The translations under genes and the position numbers were made by a program. Of a stretch of 64,000 bases of DNA, positions 18,139 through 28,418 are shown piece by piece. How positions within the stretch are numbered: position 1 is the stretch's first letter; the number at the start of each line of letters is the position of its first letter. The stretch spans positions 1 to 64,000 of the forward strand of contig JAZDCY010000042.1 of assembly GCA_036679645.1 (NCBI GenBank), written 5' to 3'. The notes under the pieces were generated by a model. That model saw only the letters and a list, made by a program, of their open reading frames with translations, ran no database searches and had not been told where the DNA came from. Origin of the DNA: Gemmatimonadota bacterium (GTDB lineage Bacteria > Gemmatimonadota > Gemmatimonadetes > Gemmatimonadales > GWC2-71-9).

Positions 18139-19512
18139 ATGACCGGCTACCAACTCGCCACACCTGCGTCTCACGTAGACGCGCACCGCTTCACGAATAG
18201 GTGGACCGACATATTCCGCGGGGATACGCCGATCCACCTGCTCATCATGGCGGCCATCACGCTCGCGACCTTTCAGGGCTACCTGAAGGACCGTCTAGGG
18301 GGGGCCATACCATACGTTCTCGCCGATCTCTCTTTCATCGCCGCCACCATCTACTGGTTCGGCGGCCTGGCACTGCGCCACGCCTCACTGCGCGGTCCGG
18401 GGTACACCGCCTCGCTAATTCTTGGTCTGGTGATTGTCCCGACCCTGTACCTGCTGCATCCCGGTACGCCGTTCATCATCGAGATCGCCGGTCTCCGGGC
18501 CTGGTCGGCGTACCCGGTCGCCGCCCTCATGGCACTCACCGCCGTGCGGAGCCGCGGCCAGGTGGAAGCATACATCCGGCTCATCCTCCTGCTCTGTGTC
18601 GTGACCGCGGTCTACGGTATCCGCCAATACATACAGGGACCCGATATCGCCCTTGGCACCGACCTGGGGCAGTTACGGCACGGCACAACCGTCTTCTACG
18701 ACATTGCCGGCAGCGCCCACCGGGACTTCCGCGCCTTCTCGACGTTCACGTTTCCCGCGCCGTTCGCCGGGATGATGGTCTTTGGCATCCTGCTCGCCGC
18801 CGGCATCGCGACCAGTAAGCTCTTCCGGTGGAAGATTCGCACCACCGTCGCCCTGACCATCCCCTTGTTCTTCGTCGGCATGACCGTGTCCGGTACCCGC
18901 GCGGCCGTTGTCATCCTGCTCCTCGGTCTGCTGCTGATCGGTGTGTTCCGCGGTCTCAGCACGGCGCAATTGCTGTTCATTCCGCTCATGATGGGTGCAC
19001 TGCACATCGGCACTTTGCTCACCGCGGGACGCATGATCGAGCGGTTCGGGACCCTCCTGTTTCAGGAAGGACTCGTGTGGCGCTACGTGAGTACGCCGCT
19101 CATCATCGCGTGGGAGGTGCTCAAGGAGAGTCCGTTTGGACTCGGACTCGGCCGGACGGGGATCGGCGTACCGTTCCGGATAGTACAGTCGTATCCGCCC
19201 GACTACTTCGTGTTCAGCGACGGGGATGCCGGCCGGGCTGCCGCGGAGATGGGAATCTTCGGCATCATCCTCCTCGGTATCGTGCTCTTCGCGCTGTTGC
19301 CCCACGTCTGGCGGGCCACGAAGGCGCTGATCGGCACCGAGAACGAGGGGTTTGCCATCGGCGCCGGTGCCCTCGTGGTCTCGACCGGTGTGCTCCTGCT
19401 GATCGGCTCCCCGCTGTCAACGGCGCCCCACGGGATGATCTGGTGGTTCCTGTTCGGGGCAATTCTCAAGCTCCGGATGATGCACGACGATGCGTCGACG
19501 CGCAGCTCGTGA
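18139..19512 (+). CDS. Wzy/O-antigen ligase-like polysaccharide polymerase
   Basis: Multi-TM protein with RAFSTF, SGTRAA, PFGLGLG and EMGIFG motifs. The true N terminus may begin at 18041. Confidence 0.75.
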   Translation: MTGYQLATPASHVDAHRFTNRWTDIFRGDTPIHLLIMAAITLATFQGYLKDRLGGAIPYVLADLSFIAATIYWFGGLALRHASLRGPGYTASLILGLVIVPTLYLLHPGTPFIIEIAGLRAWSAYPVAALMALTAVRSRGQVEAYIRLILLLCVVTAVYGIRQYIQGPDIALGTDLGQLRHGTTVFYDIAGSAHRDFRAFSTFTFPAPFAGMMVFGILLAAGIATSKLFRWKIRTTVALTIPLFFVGMTVSGTRAAVVILLLGLLLIGVFRGLSTAQLLFIPLMMGALHIGTLLTAGRMIERFGTLLFQEGLVWRYVSTPLIIAWEVLKESPFGLGLGRTGIGVPFRIVQSYPPDYFVFSDGDAGRAAAEMGIFGIILLGIVLFALLPHVWRATKALIGTENEGFAIGAGALVVSTGVLLLIGSPLSTAPHGMIWWFLFGAILKLRMMHDDASTRSS

Positions 19513-20642
19513 CCCGCGTCCTGCTCGTTCCGGATCTACCGCAGGAACGCTGGCCGTCGATGGATCGCTACGCGTCCCGTCTCGAGCGGCATCTCCGCGC
19601 CGAGGCGCCGGACCTCGACTATGCACTCGCAAGCCCGATCGCGGACCTTACCATCGAACACTCAAACCCGCGCTCGAAAAAACAATCTGCGGCCGCCCGC
19701 TCCGAGTTCCTCCGCTACATCGACCGCTATCTTTTATACCCCCGACGCGTCAGGCGCCGGCCCGCCGACCTCATCCACGTGCTCGATCACTCATACGCGC
19801 ATATCGTGCGATCGCGGCCGGACGTTCCCGCTCTGGTCACGGTGCACGACCTGCTTCCGGTGCTCACGCTCGCGCGTGCTCGCCGTGGTGTGCGCGAGAC
19901 GGTGAGAAACGCGTTGCTAAAGCGCGTGCTGGCGGGACTTCGCGCCGCCCGCGCCTGGATCGTCGCCACGACGTGGATGCGCGGCGAGGTTGCAGCCTGG
20001 CTGGGAAGCGAGGACGCCATCCACGTCGTGCCGTACGGAGTCGATGAGGCGTTCTTTGCACCACCCGCGGCGTCGCGCGAGGCCACCCGGGAAAGCTTTG
20101 GCGTCCCCTCCACACGGTTCCTGGTGCTGCACGTAGGGGCCACCGCTGAGCGTAAGAACATCCCAGGCGTCCTCGCCGCAATGCACGGACTGCGACGCCG
20201 CGGTCTCGACGCCGGGCTCTTGCAGGTAGGAGGGCACTTCACGCGCGACCAGCGCGCCGACATCCACACGCTCGAGCTGGACGATGTGATTGTCCAGCGA
20301 TCGCCGGTGAGCGAGGAGACCCTGCGCGCAGTCTATCGAGCCGCCGATGCCCTGCTCTTCCCATCGCACTACGAGGGCTTCGGTCTGCCACTGCTCGAGG
20401 CAATGGCCTCCGGTTTGCCTGTGGTTGCGTCAGCGGCCCCCGCACCCGCGGAGGTCACGGGTGATGCGGGTATCGTAGTTGAAGGCAGGGACCCCGAGCG
20501 GTACGCGGATGCCCTCGAGCGGATTGCAACGGACGACGCATGGGCCAACGAGCTACGCTGTCGTGGCGAAGAGCGATCACGCCAATTCACGTGGGCGGAA
20601 ACGGCGCGCCGGACCGCCGCCGTGTACCGGTCCCTTGGCTGA
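19509..20642 (+). CDS. Glycosyltransferase family 4
   Basis: HVGATAERKN and FPSHYEGFGLPLLEAMASG motifs. Confidence 0.9.
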   Translation: MTRVLLVPDLPQERWPSMDRYASRLERHLRAEAPDLDYALASPIADLTIEHSNPRSKKQSAAARSEFLRYIDRYLLYPRRVRRRPADLIHVLDHSYAHIVRSRPDVPALVTVHDLLPVLTLARARRGVRETVRNALLKRVLAGLRAARAWIVATTWMRGEVAAWLGSEDAIHVVPYGVDEAFFAPPAASREATRESFGVPSTRFLVLHVGATAERKNIPGVLAAMHGLRRRGLDAGLLQVGGHFTRDQRADIHTLELDDVIVQRSPVSEETLRAVYRAADALLFPSHYEGFGLPLLEAMASGLPVVASAAPAPAEVTGDAGIVVEGRDPERYADALERIATDDAWANELRCRGEERSRQFTWAETARRTAAVYRSLG

Positions 20643-21819
20643 ACAGCCGCCGCTCACCGTCACCGCTCTCGCGGCGTCCGCCCAGCTTGGCGGGACCGAG
20701 CGGGTGTTGCTGGACTTCGCCACCCGTGCCTTCGAGTACGATATCGCGGTACGCGTGGTCACACCGCGCGACGGCCCGCTGCTCGAGATTCTTGACGAAC
20801 TGGGCATTGAGACGGCGGTCGTCCCGGGTCCCGCCGCCATGCTGCGCGGATCACAACGCCCCGGTGCGTTGCACACGCTCCCGGGGGCCGTTGCCGGACT
20901 CATGCTCTGGACGCGGCGACTGGCGCGCCACCCGTTCTTTACCGACGTGGATGTGGTCTACGCGGTCGCGTTCAAGCCGTACGTTGCCACAGCCTGGTAC
21001 CGGCGCGCGCCCGTCGTCTGGCATCTCCACGAGTTCCCGCCGGCCCTCACCGGCCGCGCATGGAAGGCCATTGCGCGACGCACGCCGAACCGCCTGATCG
21101 CCAATTCGGAAGCGGTCGGACGAGCTTGGGCAAAGGGTGGCCCCGACCCAACCGCGCTCCGCGTGATTCCAAACGGCGTCGATCTCGATCGGTTCCGCCC
21201 GCGTGCGCGCACCGGGTGGATCCACGAGCGCCTGGGGTTGACCGCCACCGATCGCATCATCGGCATGCCCGCCGTGCTCGCCAAGTGGAAGGGCCAGTTG
21301 CTCGTGCTCGACGCGTTCGAGCGCATGGCCCAACAGCACCCGGACACGCACCTCGTGTTCGTAGGCGGCTCGATCTACGATACCGCCGCCGAACGCAGGT
21401 ACGAGTCGGAACTCACCACCGCCATCGCCGATGTCCCGCTTGGCCTACGGCAGCGTGTGCATCGGCTCGGGTTTCAGGACAAGATCGAAGTCGTGTACCC
21501 CGAGTTCGACCTGGCCGTACACTACTCGACGCGGCCGGAGCCGTTCGGGCGGGTCGTCCTCGAGGCGATGGCGTGTGCGGTTCCGGTGCTCGCGGCGGCC
21601 GAGGGTGGACCGACGGAGATCGTCACCGAGGGCGGGTGGTTGGTGCGGCCGCGGGCGCCTCAGGCATTGGCCACCGCGATGGACACGGCACTCGAGATGC
21701 CGGAAGAGAGGCTTCGCGAGGTGGGACAATGGGGACGGGTGCGGGCAGAGGATCACTACTCCGCGCGCCGGTTCGCGCGGGACGTGGCTGACCAACTGCG
21801 AGCGGCTTGCTCGAGCTAA
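20635..21819 (+). CDS. Glycosyltransferase family 4
   Basis: GGTERV, IPNGVD and PEPFGRVVLEAMA motifs. TTG start inferred. Confidence 0.88.
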   Translation: MAEQPPLTVTALAASAQLGGTERVLLDFATRAFEYDIAVRVVTPRDGPLLEILDELGIETAVVPGPAAMLRGSQRPGALHTLPGAVAGLMLWTRRLARHPFFTDVDVVYAVAFKPYVATAWYRRAPVVWHLHEFPPALTGRAWKAIARRTPNRLIANSEAVGRAWAKGGPDPTALRVIPNGVDLDRFRPRARTGWIHERLGLTATDRIIGMPAVLAKWKGQLLVLDAFERMAQQHPDTHLVFVGGSIYDTAAERRYESELTTAIADVPLGLRQRVHRLGFQDKIEVVYPEFDLAVHYSTRPEPFGRVVLEAMACAVPVLAAAEGGPTEIVTEGGWLVRPRAPQALATAMDTALEMPEERLREVGQWGRVRAEDHYSARRFARDVADQLRAACSS

Positions 21820-22009
21820 GCCTCTACACACGGCCCGGGGACTCTAGGCATCGACCATTGCTCGAGGGGAGCGGGCTAGGACGCTGAGACGCGGGGGCGC
21901 ACGGCTGGGACGGGAATCCCCGATGTCGGGGGACATCGGAGGGTTTGTCCAAGACCGAGCGCCCCCGCGCTCTACGCGTCCGACGCCGCTCCCCTCGGGC
22001 AATCGTCGC

Positions 22010-23131
22010 TCATCCACCCGTGACCCGTCTCGTGCCGTCTTGCAGCAGCTGTACCAAGTCCCCGACCTCACCGCTCGCGGCTGACACACACGCGACCCAT
22101 TCAAAGCGACCGTTTGCCCGCTGGCGGAACCCGACGGGGTCGGTGAGCAAATCCAACTTGTTGAACACGTGAATGACCCGGGCGTGCTGCAGACCGAGAT
22201 CTGCCAGCACGAGGTCTACGACATCCACGTGCTCTTCCCAACTAGCGTCCGCGGCATCGATCACGTGCAGCAACACGTCCGCCTCCGCTGCTTCCTCGAG
22301 CGTAGCGCGGAAGCTCGCCACCAGGTGGTGCGGCAACTTGCGGATGAACCCGACCGTATCGACCAGCCGAATACGCTTCCCCGCCCCGAGATCGGCTTCG
22401 CGGGTAAGGGTATCGAGGGTGGCGAATAGCCGGTCCTCGATGAACGCATCCTCGCCCGTCAACGCTCGCAGCAGACTCGATTTCCCAGCGTTGGTGTAGC
22501 CCACCAGCGCCCCTGTGCGTACCGCGCGCCGCCTGCGGCCCTGGCGCAGAACCTCCCGATGCCGCTCCACGTCGCCCAACTTGCGTTTCAGTCGGGAGAT
22601 CTTGCTCCGGATCATGCGCCGGTCGGTCTCGATCTGGGTCTCACCGGGACCACGCAACCCAATGCCACCGCGGATGCGTGACAGGTGGACCCACATCCGG
22701 GCGAGGCGCGGCAGGAGATACTGTAACTGCGCCAGCTCCACCTCGAGCCTTGCCTCGTTGCTGCGGGCTCGCGTAGCGAAGATGTCCAGGATCAACTCTG
22801 CGCGATCCATCACCCGTAGATCGAGCGCCAATTCGAGGTTCTTCCCCTGTACTGGCGAGAGCTCGTCGTCGAACACGAGGAGAGTGGCTCCCGATCGTTT
22901 GGCGAGCACGCCCAACTCCTCGACTTTCCCTTTGCCGAGGTAGAGGTTGGGGGTGGGCGCGCGGACCTGTTGGATGACGCGTCCCGCGATCTCGGCGCCG
23001 GCCGTATCTGCCAGGCGTGCAAGCTCGTCGAGATGCTCTTCGGCAAAGGCGGCGTCGGGCGTACCGCGTCTGGGGGCCCCGACCAGGAGTGCACGGTCGG
23101 TAGGCGGCTGGATGTCGTGGAGCTGTGGTAT
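22010..23131 (-). CDS. hflX: Ribosome-splitting GTPase HflX (inferred ATA start)
   Basis: EELxxLADTAG-like segment (DELARLADTAG), YLGKGK, LILDIFA, GPGETQIETDRR, GYTNAGKS, DTVGFI and NKLD motifs. The frame is open without ATG/GTG/TTG upstream of 22915. Confidence 0.92.
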   Translation of the reverse strand: MPQLHDIQPPTDRALLVGAPRRGTPDAAFAEEHLDELARLADTAGAEIAGRVIQQVRAPTPNLYLGKGKVEELGVLAKRSGATLLVFDDELSPVQGKNLELALDLRVMDRAELILDIFATRARSNEARLEVELAQLQYLLPRLARMWVHLSRIRGGIGLRGPGETQIETDRRMIRSKISRLKRKLGDVERHREVLRQGRRRRAVRTGALVGYTNAGKSSLLRALTGEDAFIEDRLFATLDTLTREADLGAGKRIRLVDTVGFIRKLPHHLVASFRATLEEAAEADVLLHVIDAADASWEEHVDVVDLVLADLGLQHARVIHVFNKLDLLTDPVGFRQRANGRFEWVACVSAASGEVGDLVQLLQDGTRRVTGG

Positions 23132-23250
23132 TGGGGGTCCCCTTGAGTTGTGCGGGCAAGCTAACCCAAGCTCGGCGCGCTGAAAAGGCCACCCTAAGCT
23201 ATTGACTTGTGGTCACTTACCTACGAGGTTTCGCGCGGCGTGATCTCGAT

Positions 23251-23280
23251 TTGCATCAACTTTATGATACAAAGTATATT
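23251..23280 (+). promoter_or_regulatory. Putative sigma70 promoter, leaderless-type
   Basis: TTGCAT-N18-TATATT ending 7 nt before ATG 23288. Confidence 0.45.
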
Positions 23281-23287
23281 GGCCGCC

Positions 23288-25519
23288 ATGCCCGCTCTGA
23301 CCTGCGACCGTTCCGCCGTTCTGCGTGCCCTCCCCGGGGCCCTGCTCCTCGTCGCCCTGACTACTGCGGCGCAGGCGCAGGAACCGCAGGTCCCTACGCG
23401 CCTGACGCCTGCACAGATTGAGCAGCTACGCCGAAACCCAGAGCTGATTCGGGAGCGTATTGCGCAGTCCGGCCTGACGCCGGATCAAGTCAGGGCGCAA
23501 CTGCGAGCAGCCGGGTATCCGGAGAACATCCTCGACGCGTACCTGGAGGACGAGGTGGGTGGTGGGAGGGTACCGGAACCGCTGCCGGCGGAGTTGAGTG
23601 CCGTCGAGGCGTTGGCCCTGCCGTTCGTCATCTCCGAGCGGGCCCTGCCGGCGGACACCGGATTCGTCACCCGCTCGTTCCTGCCGAGCCGCGTGTTCGG
23701 GGTGGATGTCTTCCGGCGCACGTCGACGCAATTCCTCCCCACCCTCGCGGGACCTGTCCCGCCGGACTACGTGCTCGGTCCGGGCGATGTGCTGGTCCTG
23801 ATCATCACCGGCGATGTCGAGCTGACGCATACACTCACGGTTGCGCGGGAGGGGTTCATCCTCATTCCGCAGGTCGGACAGGTCAGTGTGGCCAATCTGA
23901 CGCTCGGGCAGTTGCGGGATGTGCTGTACACGCGATTGAGCAGGGTCTATTCAGGTATCCGACGGAACCGTGGCGTGGGTGCGGCGACGCGGTTCGACGT
24001 TTCGGTCGCCAACGTGCGAGTCACGCAGGTGTTCGTGACAGGGGAGGTCCTACAGCCGGGGACGTACCGGCTGTCGGCCCTCGGCAGTGCCCTCACGGCG
24101 ATCTACGCGGCGGGAGGCGTTACGGATCGGGCGGGGCTGCGACGGATCGAAGTGCGCCGCAACGACGAGACCGTCGCCACCCTGGATCTCTATGACTACC
24201 TGCTTCGGGGCGACACGCGGAACGACGTGCGTCTCGCGACGGGTGACGTCGTGTTCGTCCCCATCCAGCACACCCGGGTGGAAGTCGCCGGCGCGGTCGT
24301 GCGACCGGCGCTCTACGAGGTCAGTGACGGTGAGAACCTGGCGGACGTCCTCGCGGCGGCCGGCGGGTTCCGCGCCGATGCGGACCTGCGACGCCTAACG
24401 GTGTACCGCATCGTGCCGCGGGCCCAGCAGGGACCGGGCGCAGCGCAGCGCGCCGCGATCTCCGTGGAGCTGCTAGCCAACGGGCAAGCAAACGGCTCGG
24501 CCAACCGAGGGCACGGGGTCGCCGTCCCAGAGATCACGGTCCATGATGGTGACTCGATCGTGGTGCACGAGCTTCCGCCGCTCGAGGAGGGATATTTCGT
24601 CCGCATCGCGGGGATGGTCAGGCGGCCGGGCATGTTTCCGTGGCGCGAGGGCATGACCCTCAGAGACCTCATGCTCCTCGCCGGCGGGCCGAGCGTGGGC
24701 GCCGATCTGCGGGAAGCGGAGATTGCGCGCATGCCCGCGGACCGAACGGGCGGGCAGCTCGCGGACGTTGTTCGAATACCAATGGATTCGAGCTACATCG
24801 CGAATCGCGACACGGCGGGCCGCTATGTCGGACCGCCCGGACCGCCGTTCGATCCACCGGGAACGGCGCCCGAGTTCGAGCTGGCGCCGTTCGATCAGGT
24901 GCTGGTACTGAAGCAGCCCGCGTTCGAGCTGCAGCGCGAGGTAACGGTAACCGGACAGGTGCTGGTCCCCGGCACGTACACGCTCACCAGGAAAGATGAA
25001 CGCCTCAGCGGTCTCGTGCAGCGTGCCGGCGGGTTTCTGCCGACGGCCTACCCGGAGGGGGCGCGTTTCATCCGCTCGCTCAACGAGGCCGGTCGGGTGA
25101 ACGTGGACCTGGCCGCGGCGGTACAGAGTCCCGGAGGCCGAGGCGACATTGTTCTGCAACCGGGAGACTCGTTGGATATTCCCGAGTTCATCCCCACGGT
25201 ACGCGTGGAGGGTGCGGTGAATGCGCCGACCAGCGTGCTGTACCGCGACGGGGAGGGGCTGGATTACTACGTTGGGAACGCGGGCGGTTATACGCGTAAC
25301 GCGGACAAGGGGCGTGTGAGCGTGCGGTTCGCGAACGGGTCGGCGCGGGTGAAGAGCCGGTTCCTGTTCTTCAGCTCATCGCCTACGCCGCGACCGGGGA
25401 GCACCGTGTTTGTCCCTGAGAAGGAGCCCGGTAGTCCGTTCAACGTGACGCAGTTTGTTGCGGCAGTGGCACAGATCCTGGCGAGTACGGTGGCGATCAT
25501 CGTGGTGGCGACGAGGTGA
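23288..25519 (+). CDS. Polysaccharide export protein with multiple SLBB domains (Wza/KpsD-like)
   Basis: Signal peptide, DYVLGPGD Poly_export motif, repeated V.G.V..PG/AGG SLBB units, C-terminal hydrophobic helix. Confidence 0.88.
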   Translation: MPALTCDRSAVLRALPGALLLVALTTAAQAQEPQVPTRLTPAQIEQLRRNPELIRERIAQSGLTPDQVRAQLRAAGYPENILDAYLEDEVGGGRVPEPLPAELSAVEALALPFVISERALPADTGFVTRSFLPSRVFGVDVFRRTSTQFLPTLAGPVPPDYVLGPGDVLVLIITGDVELTHTLTVAREGFILIPQVGQVSVANLTLGQLRDVLYTRLSRVYSGIRRNRGVGAATRFDVSVANVRVTQVFVTGEVLQPGTYRLSALGSALTAIYAAGGVTDRAGLRRIEVRRNDETVATLDLYDYLLRGDTRNDVRLATGDVVFVPIQHTRVEVAGAVVRPALYEVSDGENLADVLAAAGGFRADADLRRLTVYRIVPRAQQGPGAAQRAAISVELLANGQANGSANRGHGVAVPEITVHDGDSIVVHELPPLEEGYFVRIAGMVRRPGMFPWREGMTLRDLMLLAGGPSVGADLREAEIARMPADRTGGQLADVVRIPMDSSYIANRDTAGRYVGPPGPPFDPPGTAPEFELAPFDQVLVLKQPAFELQREVTVTGQVLVPGTYTLTRKDERLSGLVQRAGGFLPTAYPEGARFIRSLNEAGRVNVDLAAAVQSPGGRGDIVLQPGDSLDIPEFIPTVRVEGAVNAPTSVLYRDGEGLDYYVGNAGGYTRNADKGRVSVRFANGSARVKSRFLFFSSSPTPRPGSTVFVPEKEPGSPFNVTQFVAAVAQILASTVAIIVVATR

Positions 25520-25664
25520 TGCTTCCTGTGCAGGTACCGAGCCCAGGCGTTTCTCGGTTGCACTGGCGGACAGGTCGGCGTCGATCTGCGAAAGCCCGAT
25601 GCCTCTCTCCCCCTCGACGACTCACATGTGGTGGTGGCGCGGTAGAGCTCTTTCAGAGGCATCG

Positions 25665-26135
25665 GTGATCGTTGGACGGCTACAGCACTGGCGGGAGCGG
25701 TTCAGCGGATCGGCCTGGACCCGAGCCTTTGACGCATTGGAGAGCGTCAGCGGCGATTCGCCCGAAGAGCGGACGCCGCTGGGAAACGACGGCATGTACA
25801 TGAGGGTCATGAGCTATGCGACGAGATCACCCGTTTCCGAGAACGCCGTGCTAGAAGCGCATCGCGTCATGGTGGACGTGCAGGTGGCGCTCCAAGGAAG
25901 CGAGCGGATTGACTGGTTCCCTCTCGAATCGCTTACCGCCAAGGACGTATACGATCCGGCAAATGATGTGCAGCGCTACCACCGTCCCGGCCCAGCGCCT
26001 GCCTCGGTGGACGTCGTGCACGGGACGTTCGTCGTGCTCTTTCCCGAGGATGCGCACATGCCGCAGCTCGTCACGGCCAGGGGTGACGAGCGTGTCAAGA
26101 AGGTCGTCGTGAAGATCCCGCTTGCCTCACTCTGA
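25665..26135 (+). CDS. YhcH/YjgK/YiaL (NanQ-like) family protein
   Basis: LEAHR..VDVQ..L.GSE, FPEDAHMP and VKKVVVKIP motifs. Confidence 0.85.
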   Translation: MIVGRLQHWRERFSGSAWTRAFDALESVSGDSPEERTPLGNDGMYMRVMSYATRSPVSENAVLEAHRVMVDVQVALQGSERIDWFPLESLTAKDVYDPANDVQRYHRPGPAPASVDVVHGTFVVLFPEDAHMPQLVTARGDERVKKVVVKIPLASL

Positions 26136-26288
26136 GGACAGTAGAACTCGGAGGCAGTTGTGCGAGCCAAGTGTGTACGGAACCAGACGGGGCTGGCGGC
26201 ACTCACGTAACGAACTCTCCGGAGACCCCCGGGCGGTTCACCCCACCAGGACCACCGGTGGGTGGCATCGTAGTAGTGAAGCGTACGC

Positions 26289-27230
26289 TCACGGGCTGGC
26301 CCTCCTGACGCCACGGAGCACGGCGACAGCTGCCGCCGCGGGGCAGCCGTCGGCGTATCGCCGCTTGCACGTCTCGGGCCTAGTGCGCTGCCAACCCCGC
26401 TCTGTTGCTTCCCACACCTCTGCCGAAGTGGCCACACCCTTCCGGCTCATCACTTCCAAGCCAGCCGCCAGGCTAGCGACGTCGAAGACTTGATGTGCAG
26501 TTCGTCCGGTCTTCGGGTGGATGACAACCTCCCGCACGCCAAACGGTACTGTAACGAGCAGTTGTCCCTCCACCCTCATTAGGTCCGCTAGCTTGCTAAG
26601 CGCTTGGACAAAGGGCTCATCTGTTGGGGTTGAATGGCGCGCCGGTGTTCTCATGCCGTAGTGTCGGTTGTCGAATCCAATGTGCTCGATTGTTGACAGA
26701 CATGTAATCAGAGTGAACTGCGGCCCCAATGGAAACGCGCGCTCAAGATCTCGAACGTGATAGAAGACCGGATTCCGAATCAACACCGGCTCGAGGGCAG
26801 GGTTCGCGAGCCAAGTGTTGCGGCACCGTTCCTCAAGCAGTGACGTGACCAAAGCGTTGTTCATCACACAACCGACGTCAAGAAGATCCTGCCCAGCCTC
26901 CTGCTGAAGAAGCCATTCCGATACGATCGTGTACTCCAAGACACGTTCATCGAACCTTCGTGCATCGAACCCCGAAAGGGCAACCGCCGCAGTTTCGCCA
27001 GTCACCACCCGGGAGATCAGGTGCCGAATTAGCGGATCCCGCTCTGCATAGTATGCTCGCCCCGGGACAGCCGCCCTGGCTCCAGAGGCCGAGAAGCGAG
27101 ACACCAAGGCGTGTAGACGATCCGTGGCAACCCACACCCATTTCTGAAGGCTGTGCGTGTAAACTGCGCGTGCCAGTCGGCGCAACACCGTGCCGCCCGC
27201 GTTCACGTGACTGCCTCTGAGGACTGCCAT
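26289..27230 (-). CDS. SAM-dependent methyltransferase-like protein (DUF268-like)
   Basis: ERVLEY, LLDVG, CLSTIEHIG..YG and LLVTVPFG motifs. Confidence 0.65.
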   Translation of the reverse strand: MAVLRGSHVNAGGTVLRRLARAVYTHSLQKWVWVATDRLHALVSRFSASGARAAVPGRAYYAERDPLIRHLISRVVTGETAAVALSGFDARRFDERVLEYTIVSEWLLQQEAGQDLLDVGCVMNNALVTSLLEERCRNTWLANPALEPVLIRNPVFYHVRDLERAFPLGPQFTLITCLSTIEHIGFDNRHYGMRTPARHSTPTDEPFVQALSKLADLMRVEGQLLVTVPFGVREVVIHPKTGRTAHQVFDVASLAAGLEVMSRKGVATSAEVWEATERGWQRTRPETCKRRYADGCPAAAAVAVLRGVRRASP

Positions 27231-27371
27231 CTTACTTCCAGCCGCTCCGGATCCGGGCGACCCAGGAAGGGATCAAGTCGGCGAATCGAACACGAAGCAA
27301 ACCACCCATGCATCTCCGAGGATGGAATTCTCCCGGACACTCCGGTCACCCACCGATTCTGCTGAGGAACC

Positions 27372-28184
27372 CTAAAAAAGTCTGTGGAAGTCCTTTTTCT
27401 CGAAGACATTGAGCTTACCGCCAACTGTCGCGTCAACAATCCTCCTTCCCCCCTTCTCGTATGCTTCGCGTGCCAGACGGTATGCGTACTCCTCTCCGTG
27501 AAGGTCGGGAATTCTGAACTTCATACCGGGCGCGTGATATCCCTTGATGAAGTGCGTCGTCTCGTCGCCGGTGCTCGTTACCAATTCATGTGGCCGGCCA
27601 GCCACCCCGTAATCGTGGTCTTTTCCGATGAGGATTACGTCGCTGAATCCCATGAAATATGCCAGCTGTAGGCAAGTATACGTAACGCTCTTTCCACTCC
27701 CGAGCATGCGGGTAGAATCTTTCTGGAAATCGGGTCGATAGGAGTCCTTGAAATAGGCGATCGTTGGCGACTTGCGAAAAAGGCCACGCGCATTCCAGTG
27801 GAAGAATCGCGGCAGCTGAACCGCTGCGAACTCCGAGGCAAACTGCCGCAGCTTAGTCTCAATGTCCGCAACGACGAGATAGGTTGGCATGAACCCGGTC
27901 GCTTTGTGGATGAGGTATATGCGGTTCATGCCTATTGTTGTGACTCCCTTCAGCAAAGATAAGTCCGTCTTGGTCAAGCTCGGACCGTTGGCCACGATCA
28001 CGCATCGTCCACCCCTATGTCTGTCCTTGAACTCCAGGAGTTTTCGCCTATTGTCCCGAGTCGTCGCAGAATTCCATTCCCATGCAATCCTGTGCGGGAC
28101 ATCCTCGATCCTTCGAGCGATAGCCCTGAAGATGCGACCAGCCGACATGTCCTGAAGTCGTTTGTTCTTCAGCGAACCAAGCAT
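27372..28184 (-). CDS. DUF115/MptE-like protein (Maf/sialyltransferase-like, putative CMP-ulosonate transferase)
   Basis: ANGPSL, GMNRIY, QLAYFMGFS.V.LIGKD and HF.KGY motifs. Confidence 0.75.
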   Translation of the reverse strand: MLGSLKNKRLQDMSAGRIFRAIARRIEDVPHRIAWEWNSATTRDNRRKLLEFKDRHRGGRCVIVANGPSLTKTDLSLLKGVTTIGMNRIYLIHKATGFMPTYLVVADIETKLRQFASEFAAVQLPRFFHWNARGLFRKSPTIAYFKDSYRPDFQKDSTRMLGSGKSVTYTCLQLAYFMGFSDVILIGKDHDYGVAGRPHELVTSTGDETTHFIKGYHAPGMKFRIPDLHGEEYAYRLAREAYEKGGRRIVDATVGGKLNVFEKKDFHRLF

Positions 28185-28418
28185 TATTCACCACTCGCCC
28201 GCCCTCGCCGGGACCCTAGGCGGGGCACAAGTCACTCGTTCGATGCATAGAGGAAGACGACAACGTACTCAACGTTGGCCGTCGCTTTCATCGGCGACGC
28301 TTTTTCACTCAGAGACATTGGCACACGAACACCATCCGCGGCGAGCGGGTTGCGGTGTGGTTCTTCGTCTCCATGACGGTCGCCCGACGACGTTGAGCGC
28401 GGCGAATAGGACCACCGC

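Noticed and set aside
22641..23192. hflX frameshift suggested by the short 301-aa ORF call
   Set aside because: Hand translation shows the N-terminal domain is in the same frame without stops. Only a standard start codon is missing.
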